From Podarcis gaigeae (taxonomy: Eukaryota), in NCBI GenBank assembly GCA_964106915.2, contig OZ066924.1: a DNA stretch of 64,000 nt. The stretch is one strand, 5' to 3'. The translations under genes and the position numbers were made by a program. Each line of letters opens with the position of its first letter. Within the stretch, counting starts at the first letter, position 1. The notes below the pieces were generated by a model, which did no database searches, was not told the origin of the DNA, and saw only the letters and a program-made list of their open reading frames with translations. Below, one piece after another: positions 15,111 to 27,262 of the stretch.

Positions 15111-16396
15111 CGAAGAATTGTGGAGTTGCTGTAAAAGCAGAGTGTTGAAGCCTCTTCTGATAACACAAAAATCCCTCCACTTCACTAGGCAATTTACATA
15201 CTTTTCCCTACACAGATGTACTTTCTGTAAAGTAATGTATAATATATAAATAAAGAAGTCCTTTGTGTCACCCTGACATTTTGGAAATATGACAACAGCA
15301 AGAAAGCATTATTTGCAAACATGATATGACTTAAATCATTTAAGGCAAGACTAGGCTAGAAGGCAATTTTTTTAAAATGCTCTAAGGAAACTTAAGAGAG
15401 AGCAAGTTCAACAGCATGCTTTCCACTGAGCAAGTCATGTTTAACATTGCTGCCATCTAGGGGAATTTAGCAAAACTTTCACATTTTGCAAATTTAAAAT
15501 CATGCACTCTGGGTTCTGATATTGAGGACTAAACTACTGGTCTTCAACTGGTAGGTTAGGACCCACTATTGATTTGCAGCCTCATTTAAGGCAGGTCACA
15601 GCAGCAGCACTAGAACCATACCAATATGGTAAAATATATATACATATTTGGTCTAAAGGTCTTTTCAACTCTGAAAAGTTGAAGACGATTTGGCTGAATG
15701 ACACAAAGCACCACGAGAGCTGCAAACTGGAACAAAGAAGCAGCACTATGTGCATAAAATATAATATATTTGATATGACAGGAACTTACACTTCTCTGCC
15801 ACAGTATCGCTACTCGAATCCTGTTAAGAATTCATGGCTTTTGGCTAAACAATTCACCAACTTAAATGTGTCATAATTTTGTATTATCATGATATTATGC
15901 TAGTCTCAGGTAGCAGTTGAGTAACCAAGTTCATTTAAGCAGAAAGAGTATACATATATTGGCCCAAGGTACTTTGGGATTAATCCAATTACAATAATTT
16001 CTTAAAAGTGAATGTTTTTATAGTATTATGTATCATGCTCTAAAAGCATTATAACAGATATGCTAAACCATCAGGAACATTGGAGAAGCAACATCAAAAT
16101 AGTTTACACTTTACCCCATAAATATTTTAGAATTAAATACATTTTTACAAATTGACTATTGTTTAATACGCAAATCTGACTGTAGTCTGCGTTCCACATT
16201 CATTAGACTATTCAAATACTCTACAAGTAGTCTAAACAAATGTTACAACATACCTCATTCATGAGGGGTCTTCAGATTGCCTAGCTCCATTATAGAGTGA
16301 TTCAGATGTAAAATTAAAATACCAATTAAAACCAGTTATTTTAGACTGAGGAAGTTTTAAAACCGTGCTTTCTAAGTGGTTTGATTCAAAGAGTTG

Positions 16397-16402
16397 TTTA
16401 TT
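16397..16402 (-). terminator. Candidate SRP19 polyadenylation signal
   Basis: AATAAA on the minus strand about 355 nt past the stop codon. Confidence 0.55.
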
Positions 16403-16755
16403 TTAATAATGAGAATAATCAGTTTAGAAGCCTCATACAACACTGAATTAACCTATTCCTCTGTTATCTTTACCAATCTGGACCATATCAAGGTCAATCA
16501 GTTCTATGAAGTATTGACTGTATCCATTTTTAATGTATTTCTGCACATTAATAGACAACATTTTCAGTATAAATACTAAAGTAGATGTTTCCATATATTT
16601 CCAATTGATCTGTTGTAGCATTAGATAAAAGTTAAACAAAGTCCAGTCCAGAAAGTTTTGACAGTTCCCATTTGTTTCTCCAACTTTCAGTTCAGATGCC
16701 AATAATCCCCTTCATCTATATTCATCTTAATACATTGCATATGTACCAGCCACAC

Positions 16756-16889
16756 TCATTTCTTCTTCTTTCCTTTACCTTTTTTACTTCCCTCTCCTTG
16801 CTGTAGGCTTTGGTCACTGCTTCCCATTTTCTGTGTCCTTGTTTTTAGTTTAGGAATTGTTTCTGCTGCATATAGCATCACTGCCTTAC
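16756..16889 (-). CDS. SRP19: SRP19 terminal coding exon 5 (134 bp); total CDS 435 bp = 144 aa
   Basis: ccttag|GT AAG GCA...AAA TGA. Translates (R)KAVMLYAAETIPKLKTRTQKMGSSDQSLQQGEGSKKGKGKKKK*. Confidence 0.97.
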
Positions 16890-17002
16890 CTAAGGGGGGG
16901 ACGGGGGACGACAGAGGTAAAGGAAAAATGAGAGAAGACGCAACGAAAAAGCCCTTCCATTTTCCACCACCGCTGCTGCATTTACAAGGTAACTGGAAGT
17001 TA

Positions 17003-17515
17003 CCGTAAATTTCGCTCCATAACACGCAGATTTTTCCTCCTAGAAAGTAAGGGGAAATGTCTGTGCGTGTTATGGAGCGAATGCCTACAGATGGCGGGGG
17101 AATCTGCTGCAGTTGTGAGCAGTCCGTGGCTTGCTTTGAAACAGCAAAGCAGGTGTAAGCGGCTCCTGTCAGCGAGCCGAGCTGGGGAGGAGGGAGAGAA
17201 GCAGAGCGGGCTTGGCTGCTTTAAAAAAACCCCGTCCTCTATGTTCCTCTCTCCTCCCCACTGATCTGCTAAGTAGCAGCGAAGCTTTTCAGCCAGCCTA
17301 GCCGGGAGGAGGGAGAGAAGCAGAGCGGGGTTGGCTGCTTTAAAACAACCCCGTACTCTCTGTCCCTGCCTGCAGTTTTTTGCTGTCCGATTTTGGATTA
17401 GCCACTGTAGGGGCTGTGTGTGTGTGTGTGCTTGAGCTATCGTTCTCCTCCTCCTGCTTCCCCTTCGCTCTCCCTGCGCCCCTGCGCTCTCCCTCCGACT
17501 TTAGAATTGACACTC

Positions 17516-17569
<54 letters not shown>

Positions 17570-18346
17570 CTCCTTCTCCTCCTCCTGCTTCCCGTTCACT
17601 CTCCCTGCGCTGTCCCTCCGACTTTAGAATTGACACTCTGTGTGTCTGTGTGTGAGGGCTCCTTCTCCTTCTCTTGCTTCCCGTTCACTCCCCCAGCGCC
17701 CTGCGACTTTAGGGCCAGTTCCCTCTCTGCGTGTGTGTGTGTTTTGACCTCACTGCGCTTGTTGGGGGAGAGTGTTGGTCGCAATTTTTCTTGATTTGTC
17801 TCAGAGTGGTTACTATCATGGTTTCCTTGCCGGGGAGGAGGGAGAGACGCAGAGCCTGCTTGTTCTAAAGGAGCAAAGCCGGAGAGGAGCCTCTCCTGCA
17901 TTATCAGCAGCATCCTTCTCCATACCCCCCACGCGTGCTCCTTGTCCCTTGAGTTCTTTTCCTTCTCTCCCCACTTAAAACGTGGTTACAAAGCACGGAT
18001 CCACATGGATCCTCAGGATTTTTGCACTAGGTCACCCCAAATTCACCATCAGATCACATAGCATATCCATGGCTACAGCCTGCACCAGAAAACACACGCA
18101 CCCACTGTTTCATGGGACCGCAATGGTGCAAAAACGTGGTTACAAAGCATGGATCCACATGGATCCTCAGGATTTTTGCATTGGGCTACCCCAAGCTCAC
18201 CGTCAGATCACATGTCTGTGGCCACAGCATGAACCACAAAAATCATATATCCACTGTTTCGTTTAGAATATTTTTTTCTTGTTTTCCTCCTCTAAAAACT
18301 ATGTGCGTGTTATGGTCAGGTGCGTGTTATAGAGCGAAAAATACGG
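17003..18346. mobile_element. Non-autonomous Tc1/mariner-superfamily (Tc2/pogo-like) element in SRP19 intron 4
   Basis: TIRs CCGTAAATTTCGCTCCATAACACGCA / TGCGTGTTATAGAGCGAAAAATACGG, TA on both sides. Internal (TG)n(AG)n and duplicated blocks. Confidence 0.88.
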
Positions 18347-19230
18347 TACACAGGAAACCACCCAAAGCTAGTCACCTGAAGCAAAAATGGGGAGCATTTT
18401 TCAGCCCAAGGGTCACAAACCCTCATAACTAACCTTCTGGGGGCTGTAATGGCAAGAGTGGGCACAGCCAAACAAAACATGGGTGGGTTGCACACACATT
18501 CCTTCACTACAAAAAAGAAGAACCCATCTCAAGTAACATGGTTCGGTTTGGCTGTGAAAGAGCCCTCTGTGAATGGAAGGGGCCCTTCCATTCACAAAGA
18601 AAACTGGGATCCTGCTGGAGTAAGGTAGCAGAACAGTAACTTAAGGTATGTCTACTGTATTTAGACTTATGCTTACAGAAGTATTTGAAAATGATCAAGG
18701 GCTCTAGCTGGCCCAAGACATTTTGGCACCTGAAGCAAACCACAAAATAGCTTTCCCCTCTCTGCCAGGGAAGAAGGGTTGAGGGAAGTTCTATATCAGG
18801 AACAAGGGGGCAGGGAATAAATATCTACATCGGGATCCTGCTGTCTGAGGCGATTGCCTCACATTGTTTCATGGGTGGACCGGCCCTGGGTCTAGCATTT
18901 GCATTGATAGATTTTTTTTTTTAATACTGTGCAGATGAAAATACACTAAGCCCAAATCAAGTCAGAGAGATGGGGAAGGGGCCTCTTGTACTGAAAGGTC
19001 TGGTAGTTGAGTATATGTATAGTTTTTACTAGGAAAACAGTGCTCCCTAGGGAGCAGAGGGTGGTCTCATATGGCTATAAGATTGCAGTCCTACCTCTAG
19101 CAGCCCCTTTTTGTAAGGAAGGTTTTTGCAGGACTCCCCACCCCTACATGTACACACACACCTTCTGGGTACCTAAACCTAGGTGTCTTTAGTTCAAAAA
19201 TTATAATTTAAGAAAGCTAATCTCACTCAC

Positions 19231-19342
19231 GTGTTGGAAACTGAGGCTGACATAGTTTGCCATCTTCTGTCTTCAGCTGAATGCGCACTCTTCCTCTATA
19301 CTGTGCATCACGGTTCCACTCCCTGGGATACATTTTGTTTTT
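19231..19342 (-). CDS. SRP19: SRP19 exon 4 (112 bp)
   Basis: gctag|AAA AAC...CCA ACA C|gtgagt. Translates KNKMYPREWNRDAQYRGRVRIQLKTEDGKLCQPQFPT. Confidence 0.97.
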
Positions 19343-19766
19343 CTAGCATTTGGGGAAAAGGTTACCATTTTATAACCACGCTTACTTAAAAATACATGCA
19401 TACTATGACTGCAATATGAAGTCCACTTACTATTGAGTAAGACCCACACTAAACTCTGAGTAAAGATGCTAAAGACTGAACAATTAGTTTGCACAAGTTT
19501 TTCACACATTATTTTCGTAAACACAAGCTCCATAAGGTAGGCCATTATTCCCATAGCTCATAGCTTACTCTTAAGGTGCTTTCCAATCTAAGCACCTCTG
19601 ATTACCATTAAAAACATGAACACTTTTTTGTAGTACACATATTTTTACTCTTTGTAAAAACAAGCAACTAGTAAATACAAAAAAACATAAATAAAACTAA
19701 AGTGGACAGACATGTATACCTGTGGTATATTTTCCAATTACATTGAGAACTAAACATTATTATTAC

Positions 19767-19838
19767 CTCCAAAAGCACATTAAGTCCAACTGCTGCACAT
19801 ACATCTTGAATTTCTGTAGATGTTGGATTTTCAACTGC
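19767..19838 (-). CDS. SRP19: SRP19 exon 3 (72 bp)
   Basis: tctag|GCA GTT...TTG GAG|gtaata. Translates AVENPTSTEIQDVCAAVGLNVLLE. Confidence 0.97.
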
Positions 19839-20099
19839 CTAGAAGAGTCAGACATTTTTAGTTACTATCAGGTGCAGCTAAAATGGTTGATTACTCCAAG
19901 TAATAAAGCTTTTCTTGTGTATAAACTTTAAAAAATGCTCAATGAAGAGTTCAGTAAGTATTACTTTGCACCAACATGAGATATTAAAGTACTGTGGCAA
20001 GAACCAAATGTTCTGAGCTGGTGAAACACAACTATTAAGAATACAGGGTGGGGTGGGGCTGACATAGCCCTTTCAGTCTCTGGTAAATAAATTTTAAAA

Positions 20100-20820
20100 A
20101 TGTCAAATCAAATACCTTTATTGGAATCACAATATAAAGTGTTTCAAATCACTAGGATAATTAAAAGGACAAGGGTGAAGCTGTCAAGGGTTATAGGGTC
20201 ACACTGTGGTGGTGTGCACTTAGATGTTCTGCTACACCCAGGCTATTTCCGAAAGGGATGGAAAACCTTTCGGGTAAAATTGTAGCTAAAAAGGAAGCTA
20301 CTAGAGCAGTGGTATCTTTGCCCTGATCTGCTAGGAGGAACCTCATTTGATTTCTTCTCGGAGTTGTGGGCCGGAGAAGCAACATTTTACTCAGCATCAG
20401 TTGGCGAGGTCTGCTATGTAAAGGGCAATCTAAGAGAATGTGGTCCATTGCATCTGGTACTTCTTTGTTGCAGACACACAAACAGGCTTGATATGGAGTA
20501 TGTGAGAATCTGCTGAAGGGAAAGCATTTAATCTCGCGAGCATAAAGGCTCTTCGATGGGAAGGGAGTAGTAAATCCTTTAGGTGTTTGTGTATATTTAA
20601 AAATGTACACAATCATTAATTCCCTCCTCCACCTTTCTACAAATTATTTCTATGCATGGTATGTATATAACTAATTTCATACATAAACAGCTCAGGCTGT
20701 ATACCGGAAGGGTGAAAGCTGGGTATAATTGCTCCAATATATAAAAAGGGTATATAACTAAATTTATAATTTCTTTGCCAACCAGTTTTATTAATGTTAC
20801 CAATTCTTTTACCCAACATT
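20100..20820 (-). mobile_element. Non-LTR retrotransposon (RTE-X-like) 3' fragment
   Basis: Frameshifted translation RRAFMLARLNAFPS...CVC...DHILLDCPLH..R (CCHC knuckle). 3' end AATAAAggtatttgatttga. Confidence 0.65.
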
Positions 20821-20938
20821 ATTACTGCTGTATTATGTTTTTAGGTTGAACACCCCCATATTGTATATCCAATGAAAGTGTGTTTTACACATATTTAAAT
20901 AAATAAATGTGACCCGCTCCTCCCCAATCCATAATTAC

Positions 20939-21014
20939 TTTCTCAAGTGGTATTCTTCTTCCTTCTGCTATTGTCTTCTTGTTATTTATATAGGCAGGAT
21001 ATATGCAGATGAAC
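20939..21014 (-). CDS. SRP19: SRP19 exon 2 (76 bp)
   Basis: tatag|G TTC ATC...GAG AAA|gtaatt. Translates (R)FICIYPAYINNKKTIAEGRRIPLEK, the SRP19 signature. Confidence 0.97.
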
Positions 21015-21861
21015 CTATACCAAGAGAAGAGCAACACAAGTTGAAAGCTGCTGGTGTATGTTTAGAATATTTAGTGCTGTACCCCACTCCAAGACTCAGC
21101 CTGAGACTCAACTTTAAAGTTCCTGCCTTGAGCCAACCAAAGTGGAGTTACAGCTGCCAGACAATGGCATGATCAACTTTTTAAAGAAAATACACTTTCC
21201 CCTTCACTTTCATTGCAAATATGAAGCATGGAGCTAAAGGCTTTGGCTACCACCCCCAAAGGCTGCAATAGTTAACTAATCAATTGAGTAAGAACAAAAT
21301 TAAATCAACTAAAAATGCATCTCTTGTTTGACCAGGCAGTAGACATATTATATTCGATACAGCAAATAATCAGATATCCAAATGTTAGCCTTATTAGCAA
21401 AACAGCACCATCCACATACAAGAAGGTGGTATTGGCAAGATTAGAGGAACCTAAATTATTAATTCATTAATTTATTAATTTAATTTGTATACCGCCTTAT
21501 CCCTGCAGGTCTCAGGGTGGTTCACAGGACAAAAAGTTTACAGAAGTATTTAAAAAATGGAGAAACCTCAAACCAACCTATTTAGGATTGAGCTTGCTCA
21601 ATGGCCACTGCAGTGTACCCTGAAAATAAGGGAGTGTGGATGGAACAGAGAATGCTAGACATGGGCCAGGTGGGCACTCTGAACAAGAACTGTACTGCAA
21701 CAATATATACCATGTATTCCACTTATATTGTTTTAAGTGCCCATAAAACTTGCCAGTGTGAGCCATCATCTTAAAGGGGCCCATCTCTAACACAAGATGA
21801 ATACATCCTTAAGTGAACTGCAGCAAATTAACAGCATTATAACCATAGAAATACATGTCTT

Positions 21862-21902
21862 AGAAGAAGAAGAAGAAGAAGAAGAAGAAGAAGGAGGAGG
21901 AA
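21862..21902. repeat. (GAA)n/(GGA)n microsatellite
   Basis: Directly visible. Confidence 0.95.
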
Positions 21903-22082
21903 GGATCTCCATATACATGTTTGTATTAAAGCCAGGACGTAGTTCTGCAAAAGGTCTAAGAGGATGCTTACTTCCACGTATACCATCTAAGAAAGTACGG
22001 CTCTTGATTCCGAAACATTATTTTGCTTCCCCAATTACAAAAAGTGCATTAATTAATGCACGAAAACCCTTATGGTCTAATA

Positions 22083-22318
22083 CCGTGGTTCCCAGCGTGG
22101 GGCACACGCCCACAGGTGAACAATTTGATTTTTAAGGGGGGCAATTCGAGAATGAGTTATCAACAAGTGAATGGCCTTTTAGGCTTCCTCCACGTGAATA
22201 GGAGTTCACTTTTTGAATAATAAGAATTTTATGTCACGGGGGCGGGAGGGGAGAGGAAGGCATCACGATTTTAGAGATGCTTAGGTGGGGCACGGCCAAA
22301 AAAAAGGTTGGGAACCAG
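22083..22318. mobile_element. hAT/Charlie-like MITE
   Basis: Degenerate TIRs ccgtggttcccagc / gttgggaaccagg. Confidence 0.55.
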
Positions 22319-22379
22319 GTCGCTCGGCTATCAGCAGACAGTTATCCTGCGGTTCTAATTACTTATAAATACGCTTTTT

Positions 22380-23160
22380 TATCCAAGGGCTGCCACAGCC
22401 GTCGAGCACCGCCAGGAGAATAACGGCCACTTATAATAACCACCTTCCCCCCCTCGGGGTCCCCAACCCACAGCCGGCAGAAATGGCGGGGAGCCGCCAC
22501 AGAAAGAACCATAAGCACCGCGGACAGCACCGCACGTTACCGAGACTTATCGTTGGGCAAAGAGGGCGCAGCCCAAGCCATGGTGTCCGCGCCGCCGGCA
22601 GACCGGGCCGGGCCTTCAAAGCACAGCTCAGCGGAAGTTTGGCCGAGCCGCAATGGGAGACGGGAAACAGGGGAATGGAAGAGACAGGACCGGACGTCCC
22701 GCCCTCACCACCGCTAACGTTGCCCTTCGCTAATGGGTCACGGGACTATCATTCAAAAGCAAAGCAAGCGAGAGAGAAAGAGAGAGAGAGAGCGTCCCGG
22801 CTTTGGGGACAAACCAATGGGAGGCCAGTGGTTCTAAGTATCGCGAGAATTGTAGAGGGAAAAGGTTACCGCCTCGCGAGAATTGAAGTTGCACCATAGA
22901 CTTACGAAAATTATCATCTCTATTTTTTTCCCCTCGGTGGGCGGGAGTGGGAAACAAAGCGGACCAATCAGAATGTTAGCGTAGCGGCGGGTGCCTAGAT
23001 AGAAGCACAGTATAGAAGTCAATATAGTTGCAAGCAGCGTAGTGCCGCCATATGCCCCGCTAAATTGAATGGGGCTTACTCTTGGGGAGGTGGACATGGG
23101 CGGGGCCGAGGGGACGCAGGGAGCGGCAGCTGCCCCCCTGCGCCCGCTACCAAAAAATCA
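22380..23160 (-). promoter_or_regulatory. SRP19 CpG-island promoter
   Basis: CpG-dense region around exon 1. ETS site GCGGAAGT (22631), two TCGCGAGA elements (22841, 22874), CCAAT boxes (22814, 22964), GC box (about 23098). Confidence 0.85.
22541..22581 (-). CDS. SRP19: SRP19 coding exon 1 (41 bp)
   Basis: Kozak-like acaccATGG. Translates MAWAAPSLPNDKS(R), ends TCT CG|gtaacg, lies in a CpG island. Confidence 0.93.
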
Positions 23161-23239
23161 AGTAATTCAATACAAAATACTTGACTGAGGTTCTGCACAC
23201 AGACGCATACACCCCACATAAATCCTGGCTACGCCCATG
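23095..23239. mobile_element. MITE (hAT-like) upstream of SRP19
   Basis: TIRs catgggcggggcc / ggctacgcccatg. Confidence 0.6.
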
Positions 23240-24729
23240 TAAGTGGGCATAGAATTGCCGCAGCCTAAGAGTGGGGGGCGCTGCCACTCGGGGATGTTAT
23301 ATGAGAGGCAAAACCACGAGGTCTTGGGAGGAGAAGCCGCGGGCTGCACCGAAATCTCTCTTTTATTATTAAAATAAAATTATTGAATAATAATAGAGAG
23401 GCTCGGGAAGGGAAGGTGAGAGAGAGAACCTCCCTCGGAGCGAGGGCTGCATCCAGACACAAGAAACTCTCCGGGGAGAGGATGGGCGAGGACGGCAGGT
23501 TTCAAGTCTGCTTTCCGAAAGGTTTTCCCATCACTAAGAGTGCCAGATTTTTTTTGGGGGGGGGGGGAGGCAGGTAAGCCCCGCCCTACATAATGGATAA
23601 CAAGACGCAGCACATGCACACTATTTGAATGACAATGCCCATCAACTTGGGGGGGAGCAGCCTCCTCAAATATTTTTTTTTTGGGGGGGGGGGACGAAGG
23701 GACCTCATCCCCTAGGAGTTGGCTTCTATGCCCATCATCTATTCTACGCTGTTTTAAATCGCTGTTTTTATTTATTTTTAATGGATAAGTTGCAGGGTGG
23801 GTTGGATGGCGCACAACACGTTTCAGTATCACCGCGAGTTACTTTCAAGAGAAGTCAGGGTTTTGGTTTTTGTTTTAAAGATAGGGCCACAAAAAGAACC
23901 TTTTGCCACCACGGTATTGTAGGGGGGGGGGTTACAGGAGTAGTTAGTAATATAAGGTTAATTAATTTGGGGCACCATAAAAAAATTGGCATCACAGATT
24001 CAGAGGATTGGTGTGTGTGTGTGTGTAAACACATTTCCGGCAGCCAAAACTTATTGGTGTGATGTGGGCTAGCTACCCCTTTTCTATGGCTTGTAATAAA
24101 AAACTCTTGGCTGAGGGAACTATTTCTTATAATCTTTGCATGTTCTCTAGGGGTTGTGTCTGGGAACAGATTGGAGCATGGGATGGGAGAGGAAGTTTCA
24201 TTGCACAGGTGGAACCTCTTGCACTAATAGGACAACATCGCTGGATACAAGCCTAGTTTTCCAAGGGTAGGTGCCACTGCAGGGTGGCTGGCATTAGAAA
24301 AGGATGGTGGTGTTGGTTGGTAAGGTGGGGGATAAGCAGTATTGCAGAGCATCAGATATAGTATCATTCCCATCTGTTCCAAAGTGACTTATGAACTTGG
24401 TTGGTTTGGTTAGCATTTGGCTGGCAATCAAGGCCATTTTTCTTTTTTTAAAATGCTGTTTATTGTCCAGAATGTGCATGGGACTGTGTATTCTGGAGAC
24501 ATTTCGTGGCTTATTGCATCAATCCTTTTTATCCATGTATAGCTTCTGAATTTGATTGGTTTAAACAGGCACCAGGCAAAAACATTTCTCCCAGGCCTTT
24601 GGCTAATCAACCAACCTTTTGCCTTTTAAACTGTGTGTAGGCAGGTATTATTGTTTTGTTACTATGCTATGTATTTTTCTGTTTTTGTATTATAAATCAC
24701 CTTGTGATCCTTGGATGAAGGGTGGTATA

Positions 24730-24730
<1 letters not shown>

Positions 24731-24776
<46 letters not shown>
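24731..24776. repeat. (GATA)n microsatellite
   Basis: Directly visible. Confidence 0.95.
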
Positions 24777-24777
<1 letters not shown>

Positions 24778-25660
24778 GAAGTTGGTGTTCCAGGCCATTC
24801 CATTCCAGATGGCACAAATGGGTAAATTTGATGGTTTCAGGTCTAAAGTATTGTTCACAAGTGTTTAACACATTCCACTCTTTTTGGATGTAAGTTTTAT
24901 TTATAAAAGGGACCTCTCTGGCCTGTTTTACAACATGCCATAAAATAATATCTAATGGAAAACTTTTGCAGATGAGCTCTTTAGTGCTCTTACAGTGTCA
25001 TCCTATGTATTTTTTACTCAGTCATAAATCTAATCTGTTCAATGGAACTTTGTCTCGAGTAACTGCATATGATTTCAGCCTCAAGGATCTCCCCCAGGGA
25101 ACCAAGCAAACCTAATTTGCATTCATAGCAAGGCTTCATGTATGAATTTCATTTCTCTGCCTGTGCTTTATGTCAATGCAGCAATAGTGTCTTTGTCATC
25201 AAATATTAATAGAACTACTACAAAGGAATGTCACTAGACACACCTGCGTAAACTGTAATTGCTGCTTAAGATGCTAACAGATAATGCTGACACTGGGGAA
25301 ATGTGGGATACGCCCCACTGTTTCATGCTGCTGCAATCTGCTGTGGCTTTGGTTCTATATAAAGGTTCAGCTATGCTGAGAATGTAACATTAACATTTGG
25401 CTGTATGTTACAGTTGTCAGTCAGGCCAATTGTCAGTGAAACCTTAGATAAAATTACATTTTTAAAAATACATGTCAGGGCAGGATACAGAACATCAAAG
25501 GCTGCATTTAAAGCTTACATAAACAGAGAAGATACATCAGTTTGCTTTAAAATTCCAAATGCATTTCCCAGCAGAGACTGCATAGGCTTGACTCCCTGCT
25601 CTGCGTTGCAATGCACTTTTTGCAAATGATACTTAGACCTCAAACTTTGTTAAATACACA

Positions 25661-25757
25661 GTCTTGTGACACCCTTAAGACTTGGCACATTTATAGCATA
25701 GGTTTTTTGTGGACCATGCTATAATAAATGTGCTAGCCTTTAAAGGTGCTACGAGAC
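25661..25757. mobile_element. Degenerate inverted pair of Penelope-like terminal fragments
   Basis: gtcttgtgacacccttaagac...catttatagcat is an imperfect inverted repeat of atgctataataaatgtg...aaggtgctacgagac. Resembles the element at 53198. Confidence 0.55.
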
Positions 25758-26299
25758 TCAATATTAACTATGTTTTCCCGGTCAGCTGGAAGTTTTATTG
25801 CAATATTTTCTTAAATCTGAGCGCTATGTCTTTACAGATGTTTTATTAAATGCAATTATTCAACATGCACAAAATATTATAATTCATGTAAGAAGAAGAA
25901 GAAATCACAAATTTTATTTCCCTGGCTACAATCCAAAACCACAAAAGGATCACCCTTTCTCCTTTCTTTATTCCTTCCCATACATATTTCCCTGGTGTGG
26001 TTCTTTTACGACTCTCCATAATATCCAGTCAGTCATTTAGAGCATTGCCTGTTGTGCCTTTGCACACCATCCAAGCTATTCTTTTAAATTCAATAGTAAA
26101 AAAAAATTCCACCTTTCACATTGATTTTGTCAGAACAAATATTTTTCCAAGTAAATTTACACAGCCACCTTATTTCTGAAAGCTATTCTTTTACAGATGC
26201 ATGTTTACTTTTCCAGTTCCTTAGGGCTGAATTTTTGCAGCAGGGAGATTGTTATACCCATGTAGGCTTCCCAGATGATTAGATAGTGATAATACAGTA

Positions 26300-26503
26300 C
26301 AGTCATACCTTGAAAGATGAACGGAATCTGTTCCAGAAGTCCGTTCGACTTCCAAAACGTTCAGAAACCAAAGCGTGGAACCCGCGTTGGATGTTCGAGT
26401 TCCAAAAGAATGCTAGAAAACTGAAACACTCACTTCTGGGTTTTGATCATTAGGGAGCCGATTTGTTCGGGAGCCAAGGTCTTTGAGATCCAAGGTACAA
26501 CTG
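26300..26503. mobile_element. Tigger/pogo-like MITE
   Basis: TA-CAGTCATACCTTG...CAAGGTACAACTG-TA. Confidence 0.85.
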
Positions 26504-27262
26504 TACAGCAGTCTCACTACTGCAAAGGTTCAGCAGTGCACATTACTCATAGAGGAACCACAGGCCATTTTAGTCCTGCTTCTCATTCTCCTTGAATGCT
26601 TATACCTGACTGAATGTGGCCTTGAACTATAATGACAGTACCTCTTTCTTACCTGATGGAGATGCAGAAAGGGGTATAGTATCTTCTGCAAGGCTATAAT
26701 GTAGCCTACTGTACAAAAGTAGCTCTCATCTGTTATGCCACTCACTTTGCCTCTGGCCTTGCCAACTGCTGCCATGCAGACCCTAGAAAGTTGCTCATGA
26801 GAGAACCCAAGACTTGGGCTGAAAAAGGTTTCCCACCCCTGTGAGGATCCTCTGGGACTCTCTCCCCCCCCCCCCCGCCCGGGTGTATCAGCAACTCCCC
26901 CCAGAGCAGAAATATATCTCACTTTTGCAGCTGAAATCTCTAGATCAAAGTCCCCACCTGCTACTTTTATGAATATTTTCTACTTACTGCCCTCTAGTTT
27001 CTTCAGTGCTTTCATTCCAGTATACTTCGTCACATACTCATTTATTGATACTTGATTGTGCTCTGCCTTTGTTGACATGTTTATACAGTGCCATAGATGT
27101 GCATGGTACATGTTACTCTAAACATGTGGGGAGGAAACAACCAGAGTGTCGGTATTGTGTGGTCTGAGCAACGCTGAGAGGTGAATGACCGTGGCTGCGA
27201 CAAAATTATGGAGAGAGGCAGGAAGACTGAAGCGAGACAATAGTAATCAAATCAGGAAATAC

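Noticed and set aside
17340-17980. ORFs with ERERER / CVCVCV runs
   Set aside because: Translations of (AG)n and (TG)n microsatellites inside the Tc2-like element.
22483-24062. 130-150 aa ORFs around the SRP19 promoter
   Set aside because: Products of GC-rich CpG-island and MITE sequence, with low-complexity translations and no splice or homology support.
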